In this document: piece by piece, positions 17,854 to 28,057 of the stretch
How the letters are laid out: each line of letters opens with the position of its first letter
Numbering within the stretch: position 1 is the first letter of the stretch
From: Nitrospirota bacterium
GTDB taxonomy: Bacteria; Nitrospinota_A; UBA7883
Reading direction: 5' to 3'
Assembly (NCBI GenBank): GCA_024275315.1
Contig: JAJRZK010000027.1
Location: 68,714 to 132,713, forward strand
DNA length: 64,000 bases
Translations under genes and position numbers: made by a program
The notes under the pieces: model-generated
Seen by the model: only the letters and a program-made list of their open reading frames with translations
The model's database searches: none
What the model was told of the DNA's origin: nothing

Positions 17854-19860
17854 TTGGCGGGATTGCTTCCTTTATATTCACGGCGACCGGTCGTGTTTGG
17901 ATTTCTTTTGTCTGTGTCGGTGATTGTCGGATCCCTGCTCGGTCTTAGTTTCGCCATGTACCACGACCTTCCGGGCATAAACGACCTGGAGCGATATAAA
18001 CCAAACGTCGTCACCCGCGTCCTGGCCGAAGATGGCAGGCTGATATCGGAACTATACCTGGAAAAACGGATCTGGGCGCCCTACAGGAACATACCCAACC
18101 TTTTAAAAAACGCCATTCTGGACACGGAAGACGACCAGTTTTTCAGCCATCAGGGGGTAAGGTTGCTTAGCATCCTGCGCGCCCTGGTAGTGGATATCCG
18201 GCTGGGCAGGATGGCGCAGGGAGGGTCCACCATCACGCAACAGCTCGCCAAACAGCTTTTTCTCACACCGGAAAAAAGCATAATCAGAAAAATCAAGGAA
18301 GCGCTGCTGGCGATTCAAATTGAAAAAAAATACACGAAAAGAGAAATCCTGGAGCTTTACCTGAACCAGATTTACCTGGGATCCGGGGCGTACGGGGTGG
18401 AATCGGCGTCACAGATATATTTCGGCAAATCCGTCGCGGACCTTTCACTGGCGGAAACCGCCCTGCTGGCGGGGTTGCCACGGGCTCCGAGCCGTTATTC
18501 TCCTTTCAACAACATCGAGCTGGCCAAACAACGCCGGGCGACCGTGCTCAGCCGGATGAGAGCTGAAAATCACATCTCGCACGAAGAGGAAATCGCCGCC
18601 AGGGCTGAACCGATCACTTTGGCGAAAAAAGAGGGGAACGGGGGCGGAGCTTTGCATTTCGTCGAAACGGTCCGGCAATACCTGGAAAAAAAATATGGAA
18701 AGGACCGATTGTACCGCGAGGGGCTGGTTGTCACCACCACGCTGAACCTGGACATGCAAAAAGCCGCGGAAGACGCCGTGGCCAGGGGGTCGCAGACCAT
18801 AAACGAAAGGATTCGCCGGGCGAGAGTCCTCACGGACAAAGCCAAAGCGCAGGCCGCCCTGGTGGCGGTCCGTCCGGGTGACGGGGCCGTGCTTGCCATG
18901 GTTGGAGGGGCGGACTTTTCCAGCTCCCAGTTCAACCGGGCCATAAGCTCCCACAGGCAACCGGGATCGGCTTTTAAACCGTTTGTGTTCCTGGCGGCCA
19001 TCGACAAGGGGTTGTCTCCGGCCGACACGATAATAGACTCGCCGGTGTCCTACAAAGATCCGGAGCACAAGGGAAATTGGAAACCGACGAACTTTTCCAA
19101 CAAGTTCTATGGTCCCGTGACACTGCGCACAATGTTGGAAAACTCCATCAACGTAGCCTCCATAAAACTTCTGGACAAAGTGGGAATCGACCACGTCGTC
19201 GCTCTGGCGAAAAGATGCGGCATCCAGTCACCCCTGACGCCAACCCTGTCCCTGGCCCTGGGATCGTCGGAGGTGACACCCCTAGAGCTTACATCGGCTT
19301 TCGCCACCCTGGCCAACAACGGGCTTCGGGCGGAGCCGTTTTTCATCGTCTCCATAAAAAACGCCGATAACGAAATACTCGAAGAGCGCGTCCCCTCCTT
19401 CCATGACGCTATCCGCCCCGAGGTGGCGTATGTCATCACCAACATGCTCAAGGGCGTGGTGCAAAACGGAACCGGCAGAGCCGCCAAGGCGCTTAACCGG
19501 CCGGTGGCGGGAAAAACAGGCACCACCAACGACTATCGCGACGCGTGGTTCGTGGGCTACACACCCGATCTGGCGGCTGGTGTATGGGTCGGATTCGACG
19601 ACAACAGATCCATGGGACGGGGAGAGACAGGTGGCAGAACCGCCGCGCCCATATGGGTGGAGTTCATGATCCAGGCGCTCAGGAACCATCCGGTTCTCGA
19701 TTTCACACCGCCAGACAGCGTCGTTATCCGCACTATCGACCGGGAATCGGGTAAACTGGCCACCAAGCTGTGCCGAGACACTTTTGAGGAGGTGTTCGTG
19801 GCGGGATCGGAGCCTGTGGATTACTGCACCCTGGAGAGGGAGAAGGATATGCGGCTTTAA
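17854..19860 (+). CDS. mrcA: class A penicillin-binding protein 1A (transglycosylase + transpeptidase)
   Basis: N-terminal TM helix, GT51 motifs (EDxxFxxHxG, GGSTITQQ), transpeptidase SxxK (SAFKP), SxN and KTG (KTGTT). TTG start assumed. Confidence 0.9.
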   Translation: MAGLLPLYSRRPVVFGFLLSVSVIVGSLLGLSFAMYHDLPGINDLERYKPNVVTRVLAEDGRLISELYLEKRIWAPYRNIPNLLKNAILDTEDDQFFSHQGVRLLSILRALVVDIRLGRMAQGGSTITQQLAKQLFLTPEKSIIRKIKEALLAIQIEKKYTKREILELYLNQIYLGSGAYGVESASQIYFGKSVADLSLAETALLAGLPRAPSRYSPFNNIELAKQRRATVLSRMRAENHISHEEEIAARAEPITLAKKEGNGGGALHFVETVRQYLEKKYGKDRLYREGLVVTTTLNLDMQKAAEDAVARGSQTINERIRRARVLTDKAKAQAALVAVRPGDGAVLAMVGGADFSSSQFNRAISSHRQPGSAFKPFVFLAAIDKGLSPADTIIDSPVSYKDPEHKGNWKPTNFSNKFYGPVTLRTMLENSINVASIKLLDKVGIDHVVALAKRCGIQSPLTPTLSLALGSSEVTPLELTSAFATLANNGLRAEPFFIVSIKNADNEILEERVPSFHDAIRPEVAYVITNMLKGVVQNGTGRAAKALNRPVAGKTGTTNDYRDAWFVGYTPDLAAGVWVGFDDNRSMGRGETGGRTAAPIWVEFMIQALRNHPVLDFTPPDSVVIRTIDRESGKLATKLCRDTFEEVFVAGSEPVDYCTLEREKDMRL

Positions 19861-19886
19861 CCGTCGTTTCATATCATCTGACAATC

Positions 19887-20069
19887 ATGAGCATAGACTA
19901 TCAAAAACTGCGCGAGGCCACCGGGCAGAGCGAGGTGGATTTCGCCAGGGAGCTTGGGGTGACGCCGGAGCTTGTCATAGCCTGGGAAACCCAGATGGCG
20001 TTTCCCACCCCTATGGAGCAAAAGAAAATTTTCGCTCTTGTAAAAAAGATTACGGAACGGGGACAATGA
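19887..20069 (+). CDS. small XRE-type helix-turn-helix protein
   Basis: 60 aa. QSEVDFARELGVTPELVIAWE HTH pattern. Its stop overlaps the ispF start (ATGA), suggesting translational coupling. Confidence 0.5.
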   Translation: MSIDYQKLREATGQSEVDFARELGVTPELVIAWETQMAFPTPMEQKKIFALVKKITERGQ

Positions 20070-20557
20070 ACCGGTCGATTCGCGTAGGTAACGGGTTTGA
20101 TACGCACCGTCTTGTGGAAGGCCGTCCATTGATTCTCGGAGGCGTCAGGATCGATCATCCACTGGGGCTCAAAGGACATTCGGACGCAGACGTACTCACC
20201 CACGCCGTGTGCGACGCGTTGCTCGGGGCGGCCTGTCTCGGCGACCTGGGGCAAATGTTTCCGGACACGGATGAGCGATACAGGAACATATCCAGCTTGA
20301 AACTGCTGGCCATGGCAAACGACCGCATTACCAGCGACGGATGGGGTGTGATCAACATAGACGTGACAGTTGTAGCGCAGGCGCCCAGGATCGCGCCTCA
20401 TTCAGGCTCCATGCGCGACAACATAGCGCAAGCCACCGGAACCAGCCCCAGACAGGTCTCCATAAAAGCCACCACAACGGAAAAGCTGGGGTTTACAGGC
20501 CGGGGCGAAGGGATCGGGGCGTGGGCCGTGGCGCTTATAGGAAAAATCGAGCCTTGA
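20066..20557 (+). CDS. ispF: 2-C-methyl-D-erythritol 2,4-cyclodiphosphate synthase
   Basis: MNRSIRVGNGFDTHRL...GHSDADV...DVTVVAQAP are canonical IspF motifs. The real start is the internal ATG at 20066 of track ORF 19784..20557. Confidence 0.9.
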   Translation: MNRSIRVGNGFDTHRLVEGRPLILGGVRIDHPLGLKGHSDADVLTHAVCDALLGAACLGDLGQMFPDTDERYRNISSLKLLAMANDRITSDGWGVINIDVTVVAQAPRIAPHSGSMRDNIAQATGTSPRQVSIKATTTEKLGFTGRGEGIGAWAVALIGKIEP

Positions 20558-21999
20558 ACAATCCAAGAGTACGATTCGCCCCCAGCCCATCCGGAGCGGC
20601 GCACATAGGGAACGGAAGAACGGCGCTGTTCAACTGGCTGTACGCCAGGGCCAACAGCGGCAAGTTCATCGTGCGCATAGAAGACACCGACCAGGCAAGA
20701 TCATCCGAAACATCGGAGCGGCTGGTTTTAGATACGCTGTCCAGGCTTGGGCTCCGCTGGGACGAGGGGCCGGATATCGGTGGTCCGTACGGCCCGTACA
20801 GGCAATCGGAGCGCCAACACCTGTACGCCAGGGCTGTGCGGGAGCTGATTGAAACGAACGACGCGTACCCGTGCTACTGCTCCCCCCGGGAGCTGGAAAT
20901 GGAGCGCAAGGCGTCGATCGCGGCGCGTAAACCGCCCCGTTACTCCGGCAAGTGCAGGAAATTGACAGTCGCCGAACGGTCCGCCATGGAAAAAGGTGGC
21001 ATCAGGCCCGCCATCCGCTTCAAGATAAAAGGCGGATCAGTCGAGTTCGACGACGCGGTGCGGGGCGGGGTTTCTTTCGATACGGCCGATTTCGGGGATT
21101 TTATCATAATGCGTTCAGACGCCACGGCGTCGTATCTTCTGGCCTCCGCTGTCGACGATATGGAGATGCGGATAACGGACGTGATCCGCGGCGAGGATCA
21201 CCTGTCCAACACGCCGATGCAGATACTGATCATGCGCGCGCTGGGGCACGAACCGCCACGCTACGCGCACCTGCCGATGATACTCGGGCCCGACGGAAGT
21301 AAACTTTCAAAACGTCATGGATCGGCCGATATCCACGAGTTGCTCGAAGCCGGATACCTGCCGGACGCCATCAATACCGCCATGGCGATGCTGGGATGGT
21401 CGGGAGTGGATGGGAATGAGGTGGAAACGCTGGAGGCGATAGCGGCTAAATTCGACCTGGGCGGGGTATCGCGTTCCCCGTCGCGATACGATAAAAAACG
21501 GCTGGATAACCTCAATTCCAGGGCGTTGCGCTCGATGGATACTGGCGAATTGCTCTCCCTCGTCAGTCCGGCCCTGGAGCGGTCGGGGTTTCCGATCGAC
21601 AGGTTCGGTGAGGAGCATATGCGCGCGATGATCGAAACGGCGCGGGAGGGCGCCAACACGCCAGCGGACGTCGTGTCGCATATGGGCCAGTTCGCCGGCG
21701 CTGTAAAACCTGATGACGCCACGTTGACGATACTCAAAGCGCCGGAAACATCGCAAGTCGCCGACGCGCTGAAAAAGGCGTTGTCGGGACTGTCCACTAT
21801 CGATACGGAGAAATACAAGTCTGTGATAGAATCGGTCTCTTTGCAAACCGGGCTGAAAGGCAAACGCCTGTATCAACCTGTCCGGGCCGTCATCACCGGA
21901 GCCGCCAGCGGGCCAAAGCTTGCGGATATATTCACCATACTCGGCCCGGAGGAATTATTGAAACGGATAGACAAACTAGAAGCGCTGGAGAGAGCTTGA
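20554..21999 (+). CDS. gltX: glutamyl-tRNA synthetase (paralog 1)
   Basis: TTG start overlapping the ispF stop (TTGA). RVRFAPSPSGAAHIGNGRTALFNWLYA (HIGH), KLSKR (KMSKS-like). ~481 aa. The track ORF starts far upstream inside ispF. Confidence 0.85.
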   Translation: MNNPRVRFAPSPSGAAHIGNGRTALFNWLYARANSGKFIVRIEDTDQARSSETSERLVLDTLSRLGLRWDEGPDIGGPYGPYRQSERQHLYARAVRELIETNDAYPCYCSPRELEMERKASIAARKPPRYSGKCRKLTVAERSAMEKGGIRPAIRFKIKGGSVEFDDAVRGGVSFDTADFGDFIIMRSDATASYLLASAVDDMEMRITDVIRGEDHLSNTPMQILIMRALGHEPPRYAHLPMILGPDGSKLSKRHGSADIHELLEAGYLPDAINTAMAMLGWSGVDGNEVETLEAIAAKFDLGGVSRSPSRYDKKRLDNLNSRALRSMDTGELLSLVSPALERSGFPIDRFGEEHMRAMIETAREGANTPADVVSHMGQFAGAVKPDDATLTILKAPETSQVADALKKALSGLSTIDTEKYKSVIESVSLQTGLKGKRLYQPVRAVITGAASGPKLADIFTILGPEELLKRIDKLEALERA

Positions 22000-23456
22000 T
22001 GAGCCTGAAAATATATAACACCATCACCCGCCGCAAGGAAAAGTTTGTTCCCATAAATCCTCCAAAAGTGGGAATGTACGTCTGCGGCGTGACAGTATAC
22101 GACCTTTGTCACATCGGCTACGCCCGCTCCGCCATAGTGTTCGACATCATATACCGGTACATGAAGTTCCGCGGATACGACATAACCTATGTCCGCAATT
22201 TCACCGACGTAGACGACAAGATTATAAACAGGGCGGGCGAAAGCGGGCTCCAATGGAACGAGGTGGCCGAAAGGTATATAGAAGAGTTCAACGCAGATAT
22301 GGCCGCCCTGGGCGTGCTGACCCCGGACGTGGAGCCCAAGGCGACAGATCATATCGCCGAAATGCTGGAGATGATAGAAGCTCTTGTCGACAAAGGCATG
22401 GCGTACGAGCTCGATGGTTCCGTCTACTTTTCCGTGAAGAGTTTTGCCGGGTATGGAAAGCTTTCGGGAAAAAATATTGACGACCTTTTATCCGGAGCGC
22501 GGGTGGACGTGGACGAGTCGAAACACGATCCCCTGGATTTCGCGCTGTGGAAAGCCTCGAAACCGGGCGAACCGGCCTGGGAGTCACCATGGGGCATGGG
22601 TCGGCCCGGTTGGCATATAGAGTGCTCCGCCATGGGAAGAAAATATCTTGGAGACACGTTCGATATTCACGGCGGAGGAAAAGACCTCGTGTTCCCCCAT
22701 CACGAAAACGAGATCGCCCAGTCAGAGGGAAGCTCCGGCAAGGCGCCTGTGAACGTATGGATTCACAACGGATTCGTCAATATCAACTCCGAAAAAATGT
22801 CGAAATCGCTGAACAACTTTTCCACCATAAAAGATATCCTGAAGACGTACCACCCCGAAGCGGTGCGGTTTTTCCTGTTGACGAGCCATTACAGGAGCCC
22901 GATTGATTTTAACACCCAGGCCATAACCAGCGCCGGAAAGAACCTGTACAGGTTCTATGACCTTTTTTCCGAAGAAAAAAAACTGGTCCCGGAAGCCCCC
23001 CCCGGTCCGGAAACGGACACTTCTCCAACAGAAAAATTCACCGAGCTTATGAATGACGATTTTAACACCGCGACCGCCCTGGCTTTTCTCATGGAAGAGC
23101 TTAGAAGAATCAACCATCTTCGCAACGAAATGAGCCGGATGAAAAAAAAATCGGACCGCTATAAAAACGCCCGCACCCAGTTTGCGCTCGGCGTGAGAAC
23201 CATGAAAAAACTGGGCGGCGTCCTGGGCCTGTTCCAGCGTGATCCCTCGGATTTTATCGACAGCTTTAAAGTCGCAAAACTCAACGAGGTCGGCGTAACC
23301 CTGGATTGGATCCAAAAGCTTATCGACACCAGGGCCGCAGCCCGCGCCGAAAAGAATTTCGCCGAGTCCGACAGAATCCGGGACGAGCTAGAGGGCAAGG
23401 GGATACTTTTGCGCGACACTCCCGAGGGAACCACCTGGTCCATCAGCCTGGATTGA
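21996..23456 (+). CDS. cysS: cysteinyl-tRNA synthetase
   Basis: CGVTVYDLCHIGYARS (HIGH), KMSKS (KMSKSLNN), zinc-binding Cys/His. ATGA overlap with gltX. Confidence 0.9.
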   Translation: MMSLKIYNTITRRKEKFVPINPPKVGMYVCGVTVYDLCHIGYARSAIVFDIIYRYMKFRGYDITYVRNFTDVDDKIINRAGESGLQWNEVAERYIEEFNADMAALGVLTPDVEPKATDHIAEMLEMIEALVDKGMAYELDGSVYFSVKSFAGYGKLSGKNIDDLLSGARVDVDESKHDPLDFALWKASKPGEPAWESPWGMGRPGWHIECSAMGRKYLGDTFDIHGGGKDLVFPHHENEIAQSEGSSGKAPVNVWIHNGFVNINSEKMSKSLNNFSTIKDILKTYHPEAVRFFLLTSHYRSPIDFNTQAITSAGKNLYRFYDLFSEEKKLVPEAPPGPETDTSPTEKFTELMNDDFNTATALAFLMEELRRINHLRNEMSRMKKKSDRYKNARTQFALGVRTMKKLGGVLGLFQRDPSDFIDSFKVAKLNEVGVTLDWIQKLIDTRAAARAEKNFAESDRIRDELEGKGILLRDTPEGTTWSISLD

Positions 23457-23465
23457 GTTTAACGG

Positions 23466-24218
23466 ATGAAAAAGAGGCGGCGGCCGGAACGTAACCGTGA
23501 GATCATTTTCGGGGTAAACCCGATCGCTGAAGCCTTGAAGGCGGATAAACGGAAATTTTTACGGATTACGATTAAAAAAGGAGTGAACCCAAGCGGAGCC
23601 ATCCGGCGAATAATCGACACGGCGCGAAGGAGAAAAATCGTCATTGAATACGCCGACATGGATCATGTGGCCAAGCTCGCCGGAGCCGAAGGCCACCAGG
23701 GGATTGCGGCGCTGGTCTCCTGCCTTTCCATGATATCGCTCGACAAGTTGATCGATTACTCCAAAAACAGACCAAACCCGTCGTTGGCCCTCCTTGATGG
23801 TATCCAGGACCCGGGAAACTTCGGCGCGATTATCAGGTACGCCGAAGCGTTCGGCTTTGACGGGGTGATATTCCCGGCCAAACGGGCGGCGGGTTATACA
23901 CCTGTAGCCGCGAAATCCTCTGCGGGCGCCGGGGAACTGCTTCGATTGTGCAGGGTTACCAACATAGCCGAAACTGTCAGGCGACTGAAAGACGAGGGCT
24001 ATGAATGTATTGCACTCGACAGCGAAGCCGCCGCAGAGTTCACTACCCCCGCCCCTGGTTCCGTGGCCGTGGTGCTCGGCGGCGAGGGAGAGGGAGTGCG
24101 GCCTCTTGTAAAAAAACGCTGCAAAGCGGCCGGAAGAATACCCATGAAAGGAAAAGTAGGGTCGCTCAACGTATCGGCCGCGGCGGCTATAGTTTTTCAT
24201 ATCGTATCAGCCAGATAA
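23466..24218 (+). CDS. rlmB: SpoU/TrmH-family 23S rRNA (Gm2251) 2'-O-methyltransferase
   Basis: 250 aa. SpoU substrate-binding N-terminal domain plus SPOUT methylase motifs (LLDGIQDPGNFGAIIR, VVLGGEGEGV, GSLNVSAAAAI). Confidence 0.8.
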   Translation: MKKRRRPERNREIIFGVNPIAEALKADKRKFLRITIKKGVNPSGAIRRIIDTARRRKIVIEYADMDHVAKLAGAEGHQGIAALVSCLSMISLDKLIDYSKNRPNPSLALLDGIQDPGNFGAIIRYAEAFGFDGVIFPAKRAAGYTPVAAKSSAGAGELLRLCRVTNIAETVRRLKDEGYECIALDSEAAAEFTTPAPGSVAVVLGGEGEGVRPLVKKRCKAAGRIPMKGKVGSLNVSAAAAIVFHIVSAR

Positions 24219-24322
24219 ACGTGGCCTCATTGCTTCACGATTGGTTTAGAGATAAAATAAGCGGATAAACCGCACGCGCGGCAGGTGTGAAAGTAGTATC
24301 TTTTCAGTACGGTTAACAGGAC

Positions 24323-25252
24323 ATGAGCACAGCGACAAGAGCTAAGGAGTTGCAAAGCCAGGTCAGGCGCATGGTGAAGGAACGTCGCGCTCTTATGCTG
24401 GCCCACAACTATCAGCGAGACGAAATACAGGAGATAGCCGATATCGGGGGGGACTCCCTGGCGTTGGCGCAAAAGGCCGCGCAGACCGACGCGGAGGTCA
24501 TCCTGTTCTGCGGTGTCCATTTCATGGCGGAGTCCGCCGCCATACTCTCCCCGCAAAAGACGGTGCTGTTACCGATGCTGGAGGCGGGCTGTCCCATGGC
24601 GGACATGATAACCGCGGAGAAACTAAGAGAGAAAAAAGCCGAACTGGGGCCGGACGTGCCAATAGTAACTTACGTGAACTCCTCCGCCGAAGTAAAGGCG
24701 GAATCGGATATCTGCTGTACCTCCGCCAACGCGGTTGCGGTGGTGAACTCGCTCGAAGCGGATAGGGTTTTCATGACGCCTGACATGAACCTGGCAAAAT
24801 ATGTTCAACGTCACACGGCAAAAAAAATCGAATGGTGGAAAGGGTTTTGTCCCACTCATCACCTCCTCAGGGCCGAAACAATCATCGACCTGAAAAGCAA
24901 ATACCCCGAAGCCAGGGTTGTGGCCCATCCGGAGTGCACACCGGATATCCTGGACCTTGCGGACCATGTATGCTCCACTTCCGGGATGTACGCCTACGCC
25001 AAAACCGAAAATGCCCGGCGTTTCATCATCGCCACGGAAAGCGGCATATTGTACCGGTTGCGAAAGGAAAACCCGGACAAGGAGTTTATCATCGCCACGG
25101 AGGAGATGATTTGCCCGAACATGAAGGTCACCACGCTCGAAGATGTTTACGACGCACTGGTGGATATGAAAGAAGTGATCACCGTTCCGGAAAATATCCG
25201 TGTTAAAGCCAAACAGGCGCTCGACAGGATGCTTGCGATCCCCAGAGATTGA
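24323..25252 (+). CDS. nadA: quinolinate synthase
   Basis: 309 aa. [15 protein letters not shown] and HPEC motifs, with the three Cys ligands for the 4Fe-4S cluster. Confidence 0.9.
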   Translation: MSTATRAKELQSQVRRMVKERRALMLAHNYQRDEIQEIADIGGDSLALAQKAAQTDAEVILFCGVHFMAESAAILSPQKTVLLPMLEAGCPMADMITAEKLREKKAELGPDVPIVTYVNSSAEVKAESDICCTSANAVAVVNSLEADRVFMTPDMNLAKYVQRHTAKKIEWWKGFCPTHHLLRAETIIDLKSKYPEARVVAHPECTPDILDLADHVCSTSGMYAYAKTENARRFIIATESGILYRLRKENPDKEFIIATEEMICPNMKVTTLEDVYDALVDMKEVITVPENIRVKAKQALDRMLAIPRD

Positions 25253-25265
25253 CCGGCAGGTGGCG

Positions 25266-25598
25266 CTACGAAAAGCCTATCGAGCCGGAGCTGACAAACT
25301 CGCACCCCAGCCTTGCGCCCCGATCATCTTTTTTTATCCATATTATTTCCGTCACCTGATCCGGCTCGGGCGTATATTCTCTTTCTGACGTCCTGATGAC
25401 AAGCCTCTGTCCCACGCTGACGTCTTGCCCTTTGCCCCTTAGCTGGACACCATACGGGGAATAATCGACGATACGCGCCTCCATGGGATGGGATGGGGGG
25501 TTGTCCCGGGCAAACACCTTCACCAAAACCGGAGGATCAAGAACGCTCCTGACCGCCCTGCGTCTATCCTCCATGCCGGGCGTGTCATCGATGTCCAT
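25266..25598 (-). CDS. PilZ-domain (c-di-GMP-binding) protein
   Basis: 110 aa. RRxxxR-like N-terminal motif (DRRRAVR) and D.S.YG (VDYSPYGVQL) characteristic of PilZ. Confidence 0.65.
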   Translation of the reverse strand: MDIDDTPGMEDRRRAVRSVLDPPVLVKVFARDNPPSHPMEARIVDYSPYGVQLRGKGQDVSVGQRLVIRTSEREYTPEPDQVTEIIWIKKDDRGARLGCEFVSSGSIGFS

Positions 25599-25650
25599 GT
25601 ATAGTCCCCGTTAATCAGCGCGTTTGCGCCGACGGTTTTTCCAGCCTGCT

Positions 25651-26076
25651 TTATAGAAGCCCGGCATTGAAAAGCACCATAAGAAGCCCGATGAACAGCA
25701 TCATCAGGATAACCTCGTTATGGTACCTTTTCTGGATATCCTTTCCGTCAATAGCGGTTTTCAACGCATCGGCGACATATTCGTCCACGGAAACATTATT
25801 AAGGCGGGCCTGGGTGGCGGTGGCTCTGTGAAGTTTCTCACCGATATTTATGTTCAGGCTCCCCCGGAACACAGCTTCCGGTTTCTGCCCAAGGGATTTG
25901 CATGTCGCAAGGTAGTCGTCAACGGCTTTTTCGAACTCTTTTCGAAGCTCCGGCAGGCTTTGCGCCTCGTAGGTCACCACATCCTGGATATATAATATTT
26001 CACCAGAGAGGCAATCATCGGCGATATGCACTTCGGCCGATCCGTAATAGTCCTTATATTCAAAAAAGCCGTCCAT
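25651..26076 (-). CDS. HicB-family antitoxin-like protein (UPF0150 + RHH) with a hydrophobic C-terminal tail, no adjacent HicA
   Basis: FEYKDYYGSAEVHIADDCLSGEILYIQ...DDYL HicB N-domain pattern. RHH-like GSLNINIGEKLHRATATQARLNNVSVDEYV. C-terminal VILMMLFIGLLMVLFNAGLL predicted TM segment. Confidence 0.55.
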   Translation of the reverse strand: MDGFFEYKDYYGSAEVHIADDCLSGEILYIQDVVTYEAQSLPELRKEFEKAVDDYLATCKSLGQKPEAVFRGSLNINIGEKLHRATATQARLNNVSVDEYVADALKTAIDGKDIQKRYHNEVILMMLFIGLLMVLFNAGLL

Positions 26077-26269
26077 AAACCACCGCTGTTAAATGGAGAA
26101 CCTCAAAAGGCTTGACGGTGATTATACACCAGAAACCATGAGGAAAAAAACCGTGCGGCGGGGTGGGTGGATATGGACAGGGGCGCGCCTTATATTCCCG
26201 CAGACGCCTGTCATGACAACAGGCTTTGACTGCTGGCGCCGCAGATGGCGCAGGCTGGCCTGGCGCAGG

Positions 26270-27376
26270 CTAGCTGATCAGCTTCTCGAAGAATCCTTTG
26301 TAATGAGGCCGCACGTTCGACTTTTCGAGCTCCGCGAGTTTGCGATAAAGCTCCTCCTGTTCTTTCGTTATTTTTTCGGGGGTCTTGATCACCAGCCGGA
26401 CGATCATGTCTCCCCTGCCATACGAGCCGAGGTGGGCGATCCCCATGCCGGGCATCCTGTGAAGCGAATCGGACTGGGAACCGGCCTTGACGGAAAAATC
26501 GGCCTCCCCGTCCAGCGTGGGGATTTTTATATCCGCCCCCAGCACCGCCTGGGGAAAAGTTATAGGAACGGTGATTACCACGTCGTCATTGTGCCGTTTG
26601 AACACCTCGTGCTCCCTGACATGGATGACGATGTAAAGGTGCCCCGGCGGACCCCCGTTGCGCCCCGGTTCTCCCTCGCCATTGAGCCGAAGTTTCGATC
26701 CGGTGTCGACCCCGGCGGGAGCTTTTATCATGAGCTTCTTCTTCTGCACGACCTGCCCCATCCCTTTGCAGTTTTTGCATGGATGTGTGATTCTCACACC
26801 GTCGCCCTGGCATTGCGGGCAAGTGGAGGAGATGGCGAAAAAACCTTGCGACCGCGTGACCTTGCCGGATCCCTGGCACATGGAGCACACCACCGGTTCC
26901 CTGCCCCTTTCGCTCCTGGAGCCGTTACATTTTTCGCACACCACGTGCTTGGCTATCTCTATCTCCTTCTCAACGCCATGGGCGGCTTCGAAAAAATCGA
27001 GCGTCATGTCATATCGCAGGTCGGCTCCACGGTACGCCTGGTCCGGACCTCCGCCTCTCCTGCTACCGCCGAACCCGAAAAAATCCTCGAAAATATCTCC
27101 AAAACTGGAAAAAATATCGTCGAACCCCTGAAATCCGCCGAACCCGCTTCGCCGAAGCCCTTCATGGCCATACCTGTCGTACAGCGCCCGTTTCTCCCTG
27201 TCGCGCAACACCTCGTAGGCCTCTGCGGCTTCCTTGAACTTTTCCTCGGCCTCGGGGTTGTCTTTGTTCTGGTCGGGGTGGAATTCGTACGCTTTCTTCC
27301 TGTACGCCTTTTTAATCGTGGTGTCGTCGGCGCTCCTGTCCACGCCCAATATCTCGTAATAATCCCTTTTTGTCAT
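26270..27376 (-). CDS. dnaJ: molecular chaperone DnaJ
   Basis: J-domain (DYYEILGV...HPD), Gly-rich region, four CxxCxGxG zinc-finger repeats, C-terminal domains. Confidence 0.92.
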   Translation of the reverse strand: MTKRDYYEILGVDRSADDTTIKKAYRKKAYEFHPDQNKDNPEAEEKFKEAAEAYEVLRDREKRALYDRYGHEGLRRSGFGGFQGFDDIFSSFGDIFEDFFGFGGSRRGGGPDQAYRGADLRYDMTLDFFEAAHGVEKEIEIAKHVVCEKCNGSRSERGREPVVCSMCQGSGKVTRSQGFFAISSTCPQCQGDGVRITHPCKNCKGMGQVVQKKKLMIKAPAGVDTGSKLRLNGEGEPGRNGGPPGHLYIVIHVREHEVFKRHNDDVVITVPITFPQAVLGADIKIPTLDGEADFSVKAGSQSDSLHRMPGMGIAHLGSYGRGDMIVRLVIKTPEKITKEQEELYRKLAELEKSNVRPHYKGFFEKLIS

Positions 27377-27397
27377 CGTGTATCCATGTCATTGAGA

Positions 27398-28027
27398 TTA
27401 GCTCTTCTGCCCAACCCGAACCAAGGCGTGCCGCAACACCCTGGGGCCAAAACGGTATCCTGGAACCAGCTGTTCTAAAACAACGTTATCCTTCGTTTCG
27501 TCGTCAACTGGTATCGTGGACAGGGCGCGAGCCAACTCCGGATCGAACTTCTTACCCACACAGTCTATCACTTCCAACCCCTGCCCGGTCAACACTTCAA
27601 GGAGGTTGGACCGCACCATCGCAACACCGTCCAGCATCGGGTTTTGCGCGTCGTCTTTCGATGCGGCTTCAATGGCTCGATCCAGGTCGTCGATAATCGG
27701 GAGCAGAGACGCTATCATCTCGCCAAAACGATTCAGCGAGCGGTGCTCCACGTCTTCTTCCAGACGCTTGCGGACCTTGTCCATCTCGGCCATTTTTTCC
27801 TTGTGGGCGGATATGTATTCTTTGAGCTGACTCTCCTTCTCGTCCATCCTTGTCTGTATCTGCTCCACGTATGTGGGGATACGGTCAAGATCCGCCTCTT
27901 CCGGGCTGTCGATCGTGTCATCGGGAGACTTTATCCTGCGCCGGTCGACAAACTCTATCTTTCTGTCATGTTCTTCGTTTCGATCCATATCCTCTATCGC
28001 TTTCTCGCGGTTATGTTTGGTTGTCAT
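27398..28027 (-). CDS. grpE: nucleotide exchange factor GrpE
   Basis: 209 aa. Coiled-coil N-terminus and GrpE signature region (DNVVLEQLVPGYRFGPRVLRHALVRV). Confidence 0.85.
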   Translation of the reverse strand: MTTKHNREKAIEDMDRNEEHDRKIEFVDRRRIKSPDDTIDSPEEADLDRIPTYVEQIQTRMDEKESQLKEYISAHKEKMAEMDKVRKRLEEDVEHRSLNRFGEMIASLLPIIDDLDRAIEAASKDDAQNPMLDGVAMVRSNLLEVLTGQGLEVIDCVGKKFDPELARALSTIPVDDETKDNVVLEQLVPGYRFGPRVLRHALVRVGQKS

Positions 28028-28057
28028 ATCAATATTCTCACTATCGCCACGCTCCTC

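Noticed and set aside
26077-26269. Possible hicA toxin gene upstream of the HicB-like gene
   Set aside because: Translated all three minus-strand frames. The only ATG-initiated ORF is 30 aa of low-complexity sequence (MTGVCGNIRRAPVHIHPPRRTVFFLMVSGV), not HicA-like.
26093-27478. 461-aa + strand ORF
   Set aside because: Antisense to dnaJ and grpE, with no motifs. dnaJ is unambiguous.
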